This document shows positions 1 to 25,866 of a DNA stretch of 64,000 nt, piece by piece. The notes below the pieces were generated by a model, which ran no database searches, was not told the DNA's origin, and was given only the letters and a program-made list of their open reading frames with translations. The position numbers and the translations under genes are program-made. Every line of letters starts with the position of its first letter. Within the stretch, counting starts at the first letter, position 1. Source of the stretch: Zygnema circumcarinatum SAG 698-1b (Eukaryota > Plantae > Zygnematophyceae); the NCBI GenBank assembly GCA_037447605.1, contig CM074812.1, positions 1,674,001 through 1,738,000 on the forward strand, read 5' to 3'.

Positions 1-160
1 GAATCCATAGTACTCCTTTTATTCCTATTAATTAGTCCTTACCTATACACCCCACGAACTCTAAAACTATAATATTCCATACGTTTAGCCCCCTGAATGC
101 CTTTCAAAACCTTTTTTTAAGCCTTTTTTAATTGGAACTTGTAAATGTGTTGGCTTGCAG

Positions 161-4885
<4,725 letters not shown>

Positions 4886-6096
4886 CGGAGTATCGGTTTC
4901 CCGCGTCTTTTGTCATGGAAGTGTTCCAATTTCCCGTTCCGTTTCATTCCGTTACATTTCTCCCTTCTATGCGATTCGACTCTAATAGAAGGATGTAACT
5001 TTGTGAGTAACGGCGATCTGGTCCGTTCTGATTCTGAGCAAAGACTATGGCGTTTCTATATAGAGCATAGATCGCCATTCCAGTGGTAAAAGTACTAACG
5101 GAGGCTGTACAGATCACATGGAGCATGAGGCGAAGGATGGCTGTGGGAAGCCTGAAACCACGGAGCGGTTTTTTTCCTTAGTTTGAATGGTGACTGACTT
5201 TCTGACTTTCTGCGGAGACCACAGAAAAATGTTTCGGGGGTTTGTGCTAATGGATATGGCCGTTCACCTAACTCTAAGACCCTCACCCTACAACTCCAAA
5301 ACTCCAAACACTTGAACCCTTCCATGGTGATGGCTGCCATGTACGTGTTAGGTATGCATGCGCCGAAGTCATACTATCCTCGGGAAAGGTTCAGGGCGAG
5401 AGACGATGGGAGGGTTGAGGGAGGAGGAAATCAAAGAAGGTTTGGAGCAGATAGTGGGTAGTGTTAAGGTGTTGAGGGACCAGGGCTTAGACACAAGAAT
5501 ATGAGATATTCCGCCCTTAGATTCTTTCATTTTTGCTTAGGTCCATAGCGACCAGTCCATCGTGGTTCCACATGCTGCTTTAGTCCATGTACATTTGATG
5601 GCCTGCCATCGTGAGCTCCATGCTATTTCCCCTTTGATCCCATTGCAACATGAACTCATTTACTTTTGCTGAATACAAACGCTGCAATGTAGTAAGATGT
5701 GCTATTGTACAAAACCTTGAACCCTTAAAAAAAAGACCAACAAAACTCTGGACCACCAGTTCAGAAACGTTTGGTATCGGCCCTGCATCCTTCCATCCAC
5801 ATGTCAATGCATACATAGACATGTGAATAAATGCAACCATATGCGCATCCATCCATACATCCAGGATCAAGTTTCAACAGGGCAGCCCAAACAAAAGACG
5901 ACAAGTGGATCAATCAAAGAGTGGTAAGAGTCACTCCCTTTCAAATTTCCGATTCCACTTTTTTCCATGGGTAGCTGCCCTACAACTGCTGCCTCCGGCA
6001 CAGGATTTCTGCAACCAAAACTGCAGTTTCCAGAATACATTTTCCGACAGCCCGAAACATTTCCGAAACAAATTCCAGATCTGTCTCCACTTCTCC

Positions 6097-6819
6097 TTAT
6101 GCCTTGAACCCTCGGCTGTTACGTCGCCCACGGGCCTTCTCAAATTTCCGGCCCTTCGATTCAATGTACGGCCTAAAGAAAAAATAAAGGAAAAGAGAGG
6201 GAGAGTGTGAGAGAGAAAGAAAGAGCGAGAGAGAGAGAGAAAGAAAGAGAGAGTGTGAGAGAGAGAGAAGGGAGAGAGAGAGAGAAAGAGCGAGAGCGAA
6301 AATGAAAATAATCTTTGCGAAAAGCGAATAATGAGAAAACCCTAAAAAATAAGCCCCAACGCCTCTCAATTCTCAATACCATTCCCTGTCAGTGAAAGGA
6401 TTTTTCTTCCACATTTTGCATATGCAAACATAAGAAAACAAATCCAAAAAAGCCACAAAAGGGAGTCGAATGACGAGATAAAAGGGAACATAAAGACATC
6501 AGCGAGGGAGTTAGAAAGAGGAGGGGTAGAGAGAGGATCATACTTGGTCCTGCTGTGCGGTACTCCCGGAGCTCTCCCAAAGTGCCTGTCTGCTTCGCGG
6601 GCAGTTTTACGACCACGCAGAAGTACCTGCAAAATTTAAGGGGAAAAAGAAAAACTTGCAGAAGATTTTAGTCCAAAAGACTTCAAATTAAAAGCCCTCT
6701 TCAACCCAACAAAACCCAAAAAGAAAAAAAAAATGGGGCAGGAGGAGAGAGCTGAAGGAGAGGGCGAGAAAGAGAGAAATGGAGAGAGTGAGAGAGGAGA
6801 GAGAGAAAGAGAAAGAGAA

Positions 6820-6880
<61 letters not shown>

Positions 6881-8334
6881 GAGAGAGAGGAGGGGTGCAC
6901 CGTGTTAGCTCCTGTGGGTGCGTTGAGCGCCAACTGATCGAAGGTGAGGCACTCTCCTCCTGCCTTCACAATTCGCGCCCTCGCAGTTTCCGTAAAACGG
7001 AGCGCACACACCTTCAAGGCAGGAAGCTCATAGAGCCGCACATCGTCGGTCACAGTTCCCACAACCACAGCCGTCTTCTCCTCCTGAAAATCATCGAACA
7101 TATTGGCAAGAGAAAATTAATAGAGAAGTAGTCACAGGTCGAGAATCAGAAAATGGGGTTCTAGAAAAAGGAAGGAAAATAATACGAAGGAATGGTCGGT
7201 TTGGTGGTGATTGGGGTTCAGAAAGGAATAGTTCGGAGGTACAACATCTTGAATACAACTGAAGTATATGGAGGGGAACGAGAGAGAGAGAGAAAAAGGT
7301 TATCGAATATGTAAATTAAAAAAATAAATGAATAGGAGGATTATGGGAAGTCTCTGACCTTGTCCTTCATGTAGTTAGTGAGGCGGGAGAGAGAGAGAGG
7401 AGGGCGGTTCGTCCGGCTCATAAAAAGACGCTTCAGAACTACCTTGTTGAAGGGAGCCTCTGTTCTCCGGACCAGGAAACGGTAGAGCTGCAGGGAACGG
7501 CAGAAATTCGAATTCATGCGATGGGTTAACTTTCATTTAAGCCCCACTTTACATTAAGACCATTCTAACCCCAATCTCACCTCAAATTACAGCCAGAAGA
7601 ACGAGAGGACCAAAGCCAAACGCCCGCCTACAGAATGAAAACAAGCATCTGCTCAGCCTTATTGACCAAAACCCTGCACTTTGCTACTAGGACAGTCGAC
7701 AAAAGGCAGCATTTCCAACTAAATACTAAGGTAGATCTAAATTTCACCGGCTTCCGATCAAAAGCCAAAAGCCAAAACCTTCACCAAAGTTTCCTACACA
7801 GCTAGAACGACAGCTTCTCACATTCATAAAGCAAAAAGCGTGAAGGAAAGTGGAAATGGGGAAAGACAGGGAAAACCTAAAAGTCAACCTAAAACTCAAA
7901 CTCTTTGTGGTAAACTAAGAGCTACAAACTGTCGTCGTTTAAAAACACTAACAGAAAGCAATGCACATGGAAATGCGCAAAATGAGAGCTACAAACTGTC
8001 ACCTGTTACAAACCCTAACGGAAAATTGTGCACATAGAACTGCGAGCACCTTGACCAGCAGCTTGAGGTACACATTGTTGCTCTTCGGAGCCGTGCGGTG
8101 CGTCTTCTTGTTGCGCCCTCCGGCCTTCAGATCGATACCCTGCATATGAATGAACAAAGAACGCCCAGAGATGAATAGAGGAATTAGATATCTCATAAAC
8201 AGAAGAAGGAGAACCCAATTCAGGAAAAGGAAAACCCACTTAGGGGGAAATGGAACGGCAGAATTTGATGAAGAATGAGGCATTGAAGGTGAGGTCAAAA
8301 TGTGACGGGGAAGGTGGCGGCGATGGGGCGGGGG

Positions 8335-8402
<68 letters not shown>

Positions 8403-9078
8403 ATGAGAGAGAGAGAATAGCGACGAGGGGATAAAACAAAGAGAAATTCAAGGAACAAGGAACTTTCTTCGAAAAAGTTAGTTCTGGGGATGTAGGGATG
8501 GAAACCTGGAGGTTGAATTGGGGTTAGGGTTTCGGACGGAGGGAGAGAGCGGGAGAAAGAGCGACACAGATAGGGAGCGAGAGAGAGAGAGAGGGGGTGA
8601 AAATAAAGGAAAGAAGGAAACAATGCGCAGAGACAGAAGGGTCAGTGGTAAAGAGGAGGAGAGAGAGTGGGAACGTGGAGAGAAAAAGGGAGAGAATAGA
8701 GAAGGCGCATGACAGCAAGCAAGGTGAAGACGAAGAAACAGCGACAGAGAGAGAACGTGCGACACGGAGACGGAATTGGAGAGCACAGAGAGAGAGAGAA
8801 AGAGAGCGAGCGAGAACGAGCGAGATATACCGCACGCATAGGAGCGCACGACCATGTGTATGTGTATGTGAGAGAGAGAGAGTGAGAGAGAGAGATTGAG
8901 AGAGAGGGAGAGAGAGCGAGAGAGCGAGAGAGCGAGAGAGAACGAGCGAGCTATGCCGAATAGGAGCGCGCGCCCATATATATGTGTATGTGTGAGAGAG
9001 AGAGCGAGAGTTAGAGAGAGAGTGAGAGAAGAGAGACTGAGAGAGAGAGAGGGAGAGAGAGAGAGAGATACTGACCAT
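6097..9078 (-). CDS. RPL18: 60S ribosomal protein L18 (eL18), 187 aa, 6 exons
   Basis: complement join 9076-9078 (ATG only), 8050-8139, 7359-7487, 6901-7083, 6544-6626, 6097-6172 = 564 nt. Reads [83 protein letters not shown]; all introns GT-AG. Confidence 0.98.
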
Positions 9079-9086
9079 GGCTGCCG

Positions 9087-9096
9087 GATTTAGGGT
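9087..9096 (-). promoter_or_regulatory. Telo-box (AACCCTAAA) in the RPL18 leader
   Basis: Minus strand reads ggctcAACCCTAAAtccggcagccATG. Telo-boxes are established elements of plant ribosomal-protein genes. Confidence 0.55.
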
Positions 9097-9259
9097 TGAG
9101 CCGCGGAGAGGACGCGGAGGAGCGCAGCGGAAAGAGGACGCCTTAGGGGCTCTGCGCGGCCTTAAGGCGCGTTCGGCGAACGGCAGCCGTCGATCTTCAG
9201 AGGGACGCAATCCTCGCCGTCGATGTCAGTTTTCCGCAATTCCAATTTATTTTCGCCTT

Positions 9260-10290
9260 TTTGCCCTAGCGGACGCTTCCAATCTCACTCGCTACTTTCG
9301 CCTCCTCTCCCTCAGTCTCCCACTCTCTCTCTACATGTCTCCCTTGTTCCCACTCGCTCTCTTTCGCTCTCCTCCACTCCAGCTCCCTCTCTCCGCGCTC
9401 CCTCCCTCTCTCCCCGCTCTCTCCCTCTCTCCCTGCTCTCTCTCCCTCTCCCGCGGCCACACGCTCCTTTCTAATCGCCTCGTCTCCTGCCTCTCTTCCC
9501 TGTTCCTTTTTTGTCCTCGTTTCCTTCGCGCTCCTCCTTCCCTCCCTCCCTCTGCATTTCCATCTCCATCTCCTTTCCCTCTCCATCACGCTCTCCCTCT
9601 CCCTCTCCCTCTCCCTCTCCCTCTCCCTCGCCCTCTCCATCTCCCTCTCCCTCTCCCTCTCCCTCGCCCTCTCCCTCTCCCTCTCCCTCTCCCTCTCCCT
9701 CTCCCTCTCTCCCTCTGCATCTCCATCTCTCTCTCCCTCTCTCCCTCTTGATCTCCATCTCCATATCCCTCTCCCTCTCTCCCTTTGCATCTCCATCTCC
9801 ATCTCCATCTCCCTCTCCCTCCCTCCCTCTGCATCTTCATCTCCCTCTCCCTCTCTACCTCTGCATCACCATCTCCATCTCCCTCTCCCTCCCTCCCTCG
9901 CCACTGCATCTCCATCTCCCTCTGCATCTCCATCTCCATCTCCGTCTCCGTCTCCCTCTCCCTCTCCCTCTCCCTACTGCATCTCCATTTCTCCTTCCCT
10001 CTCTCCCTCTCCATCTCCCTCTCCCTCTCCCTCTCCTTCTCCCTCTCCCTCTCCCTCTCCCTCTCCCTCTNNNNNNNNNNCGCCCTCGCCCTCGCCCTCG
10101 CCCTCGCCCTCGCCCTCGCCCACTCCCTCGCCCTCTCCCTCTCCCTCTCCCTCTCCCTACTGCATCTCCATTTCCCCCTCCCTCTCTCTCTCTGCATCTT
10201 CATCTCCCTCTCCTTCTACATCTCCATCTCCCTCTCCCTCTCTCCCTCTGCACCTCCATCTCCAGCTCCCTCTCTCTCTCCAAGCAGTTC
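9260..10290. repeat. Intergenic polypyrimidine low-complexity tract, mostly (CCCTCT)n with (CCCTCG)n/(CCATCT)n variants; contains a 10-N gap
   Basis: Directly visible; source of the spurious [12 protein letters not shown] ORFs. Confidence 0.9.
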
Positions 10291-10834
10291 TCAAAGTAGT
10301 GGTGGTATCCAGGCAGACAAACTAGAGTTCTTGTTTTGATCTGTTTCATTCAGTTAAACAAAAGTAATAAATTATAACTCAGCCAATCACAGCATCATCG
10401 TGTGCTGATTGACCAATTCGAGAGCTTTGAACCGCCTCATTTACACAAGTCAAATATTTCATCACCATGCGATCGGCTTTTGGCAGACATAAAGTACTGA
10501 CATGGAACCGCTTCATTACAGCCGTCTGAATATTGAACAAACTGTCATTGGGTTTCTATGGTTTTTAGGGTTTGTTGTTCCGAACTGCCCCAGGACTTTG
10601 GTGTCCCATGTTCCCAATGTGCCCTTCAAAGGTATAAATAGAAATTGATAGAATAAAACTCAACACATTTAAAACAAAGTGTGAAGGCAAAACACCTTTA
10701 TTGCGACCACCACAAACCACAAAAGCAGGCTAACCCTAATCCTACCTTTAACTAACTCTTCACTAACTTCGACTAGCCTTTGATTAAACCCTTAAGAACG
10801 AAAATCTGAACCCTCTGCACCCTCTACCGCCAAT

Positions 10835-11226
10835 TCAGCTCACTTTACTGAGCAACTTTTTCACCATGGAGCGTTGCAAAGCAGGAGACAAAAAAGCTGA
10901 GTTCAAAATTGCATTCGCAATCAGAATGGTGGTCTCGCACTTGGCAGAGTTCACCTGTCAAAGCATTGAGACATGGAAAAAAAAATAATTAGATTTATGG
11001 CCCTCCCCATTTGACTGAGATGTGGGTTTCTAATGAATTTCAGCCCAAATAAGCCATAAAAGAAGCCCAAAAGCTTTATTTGAGCTGAGGGGAATTTAGG
11101 GTTTCAATTGAAACTGACCCACACTCGCCCGTTCATTCCGACGGCGAGTTCGAAGGAGAGGGCTTCTCCGAGAGCAGCCAGCACCGGGCAGGTTGGGCGA
11201 GACAGGAGGCTGAGAGAGAGAGAGAG

Positions 11227-11275
<49 letters not shown>

Positions 11276-12451
11276 GAGAGAGTGTGAGGGAGAGAGAGNN
11301 NNNNNNNNAGTTTGACAGACAGGGAGAGTGGGTGGGAGGGGAGCGAGGGAGAGGTTCAAAAACAAGTCAAAAACTCCGGAGACAGAGAGGGAAGGCACGC
11401 AGAGAACGAGGAAAGAATAGGAGCGGAGAGAGAGGGGGAGAGAGAAAGAGAGAGAGAGGGAGAGAGGGAGAGAGAGAGGAGCTGCTGAGAACTTACGTTC
11501 GAGCCAGTCCTGTAGAACAAGAGAAGACGTAGCCTCCAGTCAGAGGGCCAAAACCAGCCGCTTTTCCAGCCTCTGTCAGCCAATCCCCAACGAGGAATGA
11601 GAGATGGAGATGATAATTTTTTTTGTTTTTAAACTTTAATGAAGACATTTCATCTGTTCTATTCATTCTCATTCTCCCCTTTTGCTCTGTCTTTCCAATT
11701 CCCTCTTTCTTACTCCTTTTCCTCTCTCTCCCTCTTCTCTCTCACTCCCTACCATCCTCAACTCCTGTAAGGGCCAAGAAAGGGAAAAAAAAAAAGAAGA
11801 AATTCAACAATTCTTACTTCCTCATACAGTAAGTACTACAGAAAATAAGAATGTCAATAAACGTTTCAAACACAGAAGTAAATAAACTTAAAAATTGAAA
11901 ATTTGACACTACCTACCGTCGGTGCAGGAGAGTTCTGGAGAGCGATCCAAATTGTGAAGGGCCACGCGAGCATACACAGCAGCTCCCACCTGCAACAAAA
12001 AAAAAAAAAAAAAAAAAACGCAGTTCCATGCGCCTCCGTTCAGTTCCGTTCAGTTCAGCTCTCCATCCACTCTCTTCGCTCACTCGCCCTCTCTCTCTCT
12101 CACTCTCTCTCTTTCTCTCTGCCTCTCCCTCCTTCGCTCTCCCTTTCTCTCTCTCTTCCTCTCCACCCTCTCTCTCTCTCTGTCTCTCCCTCGCCCTTTC
12201 GCTCTCCCTTTCTCTCTCTCTCTCCCTCTCCACCCTCTCTCTCTCTCTGTCTCTCCCTCGCCCTCTCGCTCTCCCTTTTTCTCTCTCTCCCTCTCCACCC
12301 TCTCACTCTCTCTCTGTCCCTCCCTCACCCTCTCGCTCTCCCTTTCTCTCTCTCTCCCTCTCCACCCCCTCTCTCTCTCACAATCTCTCTCTGTCTCTCC
12401 CTCTCCCCTTCGCTCTCCCTTTCTCTCTCTCTCCCTCTCCACCCTCTCTCG

Positions 12452-12530
<79 letters not shown>

Positions 12531-14053
12531 AGTGATTCAACACTTCAACCAATGAGATAAATATCAGAAAAAAATCCTTAATTCATGATTTTCTCGACAA
12601 ATGACTTTAAAAAGGATCAAAAATGGATTACAGGAATGTTCGGCCGGTTGCGCCGAGCTGCTCCCTCAAATGCCAAAACAGGAAGCAGGGCTTCCGCGGG
12701 TCCTTTGATGTCAACATCAAAATTCTGAACATGCAACCCATACATATTCAGTCATATTAACTTTATTTTTCCAAGAAATATAATACACATATATGTACAC
12801 ATGAACAAACAAAAACAACATAGAAAGAAGCAAGAGTTCAAGCAATATAGAAAAAGGAAGGATTGGAAGGAAATAGACATGAAAGTGCATGTTTTTGTGT
12901 TAGGGTTTGGTTTGGAACCTCCGCGTGACGATCTGTCACAACTCCAATCACGACATCGCCGACAGCTGGCAAGTACTGGCTGCCATGAAACCCCAATCAT
13001 TTTAGGTTTAGGGTTTAGGATTCAGGGTTTAAGGTTTAGGGTTTAGGGTTTAAAGTTTAGGGTTAGGGTTTGGGAGTTAGGGTTTAAGGTTTAGGGTTTA
13101 GGGGTCAGGGTTTAGGGTTTAGGGTTTGGGGTTAGAGGTTAGGGTTAGGGTTTACGGTTTAGGGTTTAAGGTTTAAGGTTTAAGGTTTAAAATTTAAGGT
13201 TTAAGGTTTAGGGTTAGGGTTTAATGATGAAGGGTGGAAGGGTTCTAAGTACAAGGGTGGTTTTTTTTTAAAACATGGCAACCCCTCCTCCAAAACAAAA
13301 GAAGAAGAAAAAAAATCTCAGAGCCTTTGAATACTTCTTTAAAGCAAAACTTTTCTTCACAGTACACCTCCTCGGACTTCTGTCACGCGAGAGGGAGAGA
13401 GAGGGAGAGAAGGGAAAGGGAGCGAGAGAGGGAGAGTGGGGAGGTAGGAAACGCGAGAGAGAGAGAGAGGGAGGAGGGCAAGAGCGAGCGGAGCGAAGGT
13501 AGGGAAAGGGAGAGAAAGGGAGAAGGAAAGGAGGAAGAGAGAGAGAGAGCGTAGGTGTAGAAAAAGGAAGAGAGTGAGGAAGGGAGACAAAGTAAGAGAG
13601 AGAGAGAGGGAGAGAGAGAGAGAAAGGCCCACAAGCCTGAGAATGGCAACTTACCCTCTTCTGAGAACCCTCTATCCAAATTTTATTATTTTTTGCTGTC
13701 TGGAGCCGCCCGGCCCTCACCGCCACTACGGAATCTCCTTCCTGCAGCTTTCCAAACCCTAAATTTGAAGCCCTCAATGCCGAACGAAAAAACTGAACCC
13801 TAAAAGGCTACAGGGAATCTGAGACCTTTTCAAGTGATGATTTTTCAGAGTAAGAAGATCAAGCACAACAATAACCTGCAATTACAATGTACAGTAAATA
13901 GCCTCAAGCAAAAACAAGTTAAAAAAAAAGACCAAGAGGATTACAATTGAAGCCCACCTGGCGCAGGCCCCCCCCTATGCGCACTACCTTCCCTGCAGAG
14001 CGCAGATCCAACACTCTGTCGCCGGGGGCCTGCTCCCTCCCTCCCTCTCTCAT
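10835..14053 (-). CDS. RRP40: Exosome complex component RRP40 (EXOSC3), 230 aa, 8 exons; not shown by the ORF track
   Basis: complement join 13958-14053, 13655-13741, 12919-12975, 12632-12724, 11917-11989, 11497-11572, 11119-11209, 10835-10954 = 693 nt, all GT-AG and in frame. Reads PGDRVLDL..GGLRQ..WIEGSQKRYLPAVGDVVIGVV..FDVDIKG..LPVLAFEGAARRNRP..VGAAVYARV..PELSCTD..FGPL..CPVLAALG..FELAVGMNGRVWVNS..IANAILNS, matching plant RRP40. Exact start codon is less certain. Confidence 0.95.
13000..13222 (+). repeat. Degenerate interstitial telomere-like array (TTTAGGG/TTAGGG/TTTAAGG) in RRP40 intron 2
   Basis: About 30 imperfect units visible, e.g. tttagggtttagggtttggggttagaggttagggttaggg. Confidence 0.9.
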
Positions 14054-14120
14054 CAGCTCTCTCTCTCTCTCCCTCTCTCTTTCTCGCCTCTCTCACTCTT
14101 TCTCTCTCTCTCTCCCTCTC

Positions 14121-14850
14121 TTTTTCTCTCGTCCCATCTTTCATCACTCTCCTTCTCTTTTACCCTTTCCTCTAATCCTTCCGTTGCCCCTACTCCCCTC
14201 TCACTCCCGCTCTCTCTATCCTTCTCTCTCTCTCTCTTTTTCTCTCGTCCCATCTTTCATCACTCTCCTTCTCTTTTACCCTTTTCTCTAATCCTTCCGT
14301 TGCCCCTTCTCCCCTCTCACTCCCGCTCTCTCTATCCTTCTCTCTCTCTCTACCCTCCCTTCAACTTCAAGTATTGGCACATGCTTCCATTTCCCCCTTC
14401 TTCTCTCTCTCTCTCCCCCCTCTCTCTCTCTCTTCTCTCTTCTCTCTCTCTCTCTCTTTTTCTCTCGTCCCATCTTTCATCACTCTCCTTCTCTTTTACC
14501 CTTTTCTCTAATCCTTCCGTTGCCCCTTCTCCCCTCTCACTCCCGCTCTCTCTATCCTTCTCTCTCTCTCTACCCTCCCTTCAACTTCAAGTATTGGCAC
14601 ATGCTTCCATTTCCCCCTTCTTCTCTCTCTCTCCCCCCTCTCTCTCTCTCTTCTCTCTTCTCTCTCTCTCTCTCTTTTTCTCTCGTCCCATCTTTCATCA
14701 CTCTCCTTCTCTTTTACCCTTTTCTCTAATCCTTCCGTTGCCCCTACTCCCCTCTCACTCCCGCTCTCTCTATCCTTCTCTCTCTCTCTACCCTCCCTTC
14801 AACTTCAAGTATTGGCACATGCTTCCATTTCCCCCTTCTTCTCTCTCTCT
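14121..14850. repeat. Higher-order minisatellite (A-A-B-A-B-A-B; period about 219 bp) just upstream of RRP40
   Basis: Unit A marker GTCCCATCTTTCATCAC at 14131, 14247, 14467, 14685; unit B marker TCAACTTCAAGTATTGGCACATGC at 14361, 14581, 14799. Confidence 0.9.
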
Positions 14851-15521
14851 CTCTCCCCCCTCCTCCTCTCCCTCTCTCTCTCTTTACTCCCCTGAATCTT
14901 AAAGTGTTGCCACATACCACAACTCTCCCCACCAGCGAGAGAGGCGTCTCCTTCTCCTCCACCCCTCCGTCGCTCATCTCTCCCCTTCCCACTCTCTCTT
15001 TCCCTCTCCCTCTCTCTCCCTCTTTCTCTCCCTCCCTCCCCCTCCCCCTCCCCTCCCCTCCCTCCCCCTCCCCCTCCCCCTTTCCCTCTCCCTTCCTGTC
15101 TCTCCCCCTCCCCGGGGACAGCAGCCCTCAGAAGGACGAAATTCCAACGGATAGCCTGCTCCGTTCCAGCACATGCACGCGACTGAACTAAATAACTGTA
15201 ACTGGTCGAGTCACAACTAACTTCCGACAGGACTCCAGCTGTCCTCGTTAAACAGCTTCAGCTGGAACTGTGCATATAAACTCGACATGGATCCTCCGCA
15301 GAACACTCCCCCGTAGCTTACGACGGTTCGCTATCACGATGCGGCCGAGGATTCACAGCCGTCAGATACCGTCGCTATGCGACGAAGAAACGGTCCCAAC
15401 ATGACGTCGCAGTGCGAAAAAATCCATAGTGCGATCCTGTGTCGTCGCACGGCGTCGCTCTATGGAATGGCCCGACTTAGGTACCGTACCGTCTGCCGAG
15501 TATGTGTCGTAAAAAAAAATG

Positions 15522-15594
15522 CGATCACGATGGGACTCGAACCCACAATCTCCCGCTCCGGAGGCGAGCGCCTTATCCATTAGGCCACGCGATC
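15522..15594 (-). tRNA. trnR-CCG: tRNA-Arg (anticodon CCG)
   Basis: 73 nt GATCGCGTGGCCTAATGGATAAGGCGCTCGCCTCCGGAGCGGGAGATTGTGGGTTCGAGTCCCATCGTGATCG. Cloverleaf, A box and B box (GGTTCGAGTCC), followed by a T9 Pol III terminator. Confidence 0.97.
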
Positions 15595-16202
15595 AATGCC
15601 TATATTTTTTGTATAATTTATTTTATTCTTTTAATTAATTTTTTAGGGCTCTTAAAAAGTTGCGCTTGTCAGCACCGCCCTCGCCCGCCCGTGCGCGCGC
15701 TACAGCTGCCACTACTGTACAGACGGCTGCTCCCCCGCTACAGGCGGCCGTGCGCGCGCTACAGCCGGGGGGGCGGCCGCTTCCCTCTCTCCCTCCATGG
15801 CGGGCCGCCTCTTTGTCTGAGCCCCTCCGCGCCCCTCGCGCTGCCACGTGGCGCGCTCTGGGGCTGCGCCGCCCCGAGCCCGGCGATTGGGCGGGGGAGG
15901 AGCCCTAGGCCGCACGTGCGGAGAGAAGGGCAGAGGGAGGGAGGGGAAGTCGCGGGCTTGGAAGGGTTTTGGAGGGGGAGGATGGAAGGGGAGGAAGGGT
16001 ATATGGGAGGGTGAGTGGAGGGAGGGAGGGAGAGAGGGAGGGAGGGAGAGAGAGTGGGAATGGGAAAGGAAGGAGGGGAGAGGGAGGTGAGGAGGGTGGA
16101 TTAGGATTGGGATTTGGTGAATGTTTTTGGTGAGAGGGAGAGAAATGAGAATGAATTAGGGTTTGATGTGGACTGACTAAGCAATAGTGTGTGTGTGAGA
16201 GA

Positions 16203-16248
<46 letters not shown>

Positions 16249-16253
16249 GGTGG

Positions 16254-24083
<7,830 letters not shown>

Positions 24084-25073
24084 GGGGGAGGGAGGGAGAG
24101 AGGAGGGGGAGAGAGAGGGAGGGAGAGAGGGAGGGAGAGAGGGAGGGAAAGAGGGGGAGGGAAAGACCTCCCCTAACTTTCTTCTTCTGGTGGGAAATCG
24201 AGGGCACATTGTGGAGGTAAAAATTTGTGCAGCATTATCTTATCCCAGCTAGAGGGTGCTTGTGTAGTGAGGGAGAGAGAGGAGGGAGGGAGGGGCTCTG
24301 GTTGGCTGAGATGTAGTGTGTGTGTGCAGGTGAGGAAGTTGTATAGGTCAATGAATCCCTCTCTTCATCCTTGGTACAGAATAGAGAGAGAGAGAGAGAG
24401 CGAGAGACGAGGGGGAAGCTGTAGAGAGAGATCAACGAGGCAGCGAATGGGAGGGTGACACGTGGCGATCTTGGCTCGGCTTTCCGTACATAGCTGTATG
24501 ATTCTATGGCCTCCTCTCCTCATCTCTGTGGTGTCCACGCTGCGCCACTCTGAGGCGTTCTGTGTATGCTTTCCGTTCCGTCAATTGGAGCTTCTCCGTG
24601 TAATTACAGTCACTCATGTGGGGGGGGAGAGATAGCTTCCCTGCATGGGCGGAGAGGGGGCGTAGGAGGGGGGGAGGGAGTGGGAGAGGGAGTGGGAGAG
24701 GGAGAGGGAGAGGGGGCGGGGGAGAGGGAGGGAGAGAGAGGGGTAGGGGGAGAGGAAGGGGGGGTGGGGGGGGGGGAGACTCAAGTCTGGCAGAAGCAGC
24801 CTTGTGGTTCGAGGATGGTGCTACTTTGGCAAACAGGGCAACGCAATGATATATTGTTTTTGCTTGCTTGGAAATTGCGATGCCATGTGTCGTTCCATGT
24901 GATGGGATGGGATGGGATGTCAAGTAAATGATGTTGTGATGTGTGGTCCTATGTTGATGTATGTCGCAGGATATGTGCATGCACTTAGTGCATGGTGATG
25001 AACTCTTGACTCTTGGTCGTTAAACTCGTGATGCATTGGCACTCATGTATGTGTGGTTACATGATGCGTTATG

Positions 25074-25125
25074 TATGATGTATGATGTATGATGTATGAT
25101 GTATGATGTATGATGTATGATGTAT
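25074..25125. repeat. (TATGATG)n heptamer microsatellite, about 7 copies
   Basis: Directly visible downstream of APUM. Confidence 0.85.
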
Positions 25126-25866
25126 GTATGATGCACAAGGGCAAAGTGTATGATGTATGATCTGGCAGTGTGAGGATTTACTTCCTCTATGTGAAGCTAG
25201 CTTTGCTGTACAGCCTCTGGTGACATGCATTCTTTTGGCAACAACAGCAATCCATCTTAGACTGCAATGTCGATGCGCCGCAGTCAACCATGAGAGCAAC
25301 AAGAAGTCCGGTCATGCTCCTCTCACGCGGCGATGTTCTCGACAACAACAAAACCGACAAAAGTGCAACAACAACATTCAAGGTTCTACCAATGGTTAGT
25401 ATGACAAAGTTGGCTTGTTTCATGCCCCATTTACCTCTCCACCCATCCACAACCACCCATCCACATCCTCGCCCACCCAGGTCACTGAATCCCTCTCGTC
25501 ATCCTCGGTACAGAAGAAAGACACAGAGAGAGAGAGAAAGAAAAAGAGAGTGACATCCATCCATCCATCCATCCATCCATCCATCCATGCATCCATGCAT
25601 GCACATCATCAACACATGCCATGTAGCCATGTGAAAACCCTAAACTAAAACGTGACATGTTGTAGCGTGACGTGACATCCATGTCCTTGCTCGACTCCGG
25701 CTCCCAACAGCCATGTCGAGGGCGAGGGGAGAGAGGGAGGGAGGCAGCAGCCATGGCGTCGGGTGGGCCCTGCAGGGGATGCGTGCCGGGGAGAGAGGAA
25801 GAGCTTCAGGTATCTCTGTCCAGGAGCTGCAGGACGAGGCTGTGAGAGCTTCGTTTCGTCGCCGCT

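Noticed and set aside
6173-9075. Intronic snoRNAs in RPL18
   Set aside because: No convincing C/D or H/ACA box pairs with terminal stems seen by eye; an Infernal scan would be needed to exclude them.
13000-13222. Chromosome end or telomere fusion scar (also 48525-48930)
   Set aside because: The arrays are degenerate, unidirectional and inside introns of intact genes; there is no head-to-head junction.
14121-14850. CRISPR-like array
   Set aside because: The sequences between repeats are themselves repeated, the genome is eukaryotic, and there are no cas genes.
15362-15583. 72-aa and 68-aa ORFs (also 54251-54520)
   Set aside because: They overlap the tRNA-Arg genes and show no protein-like features.
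25074-25125. Pumilio autoregulatory elements in the (TATGATG)n tract downstream of APUM
   Set aside because: Units read UGUAUGAU, not the UGUANAUA predicted from the canonical repeat code, and inclusion in the 3'UTR is unknown.
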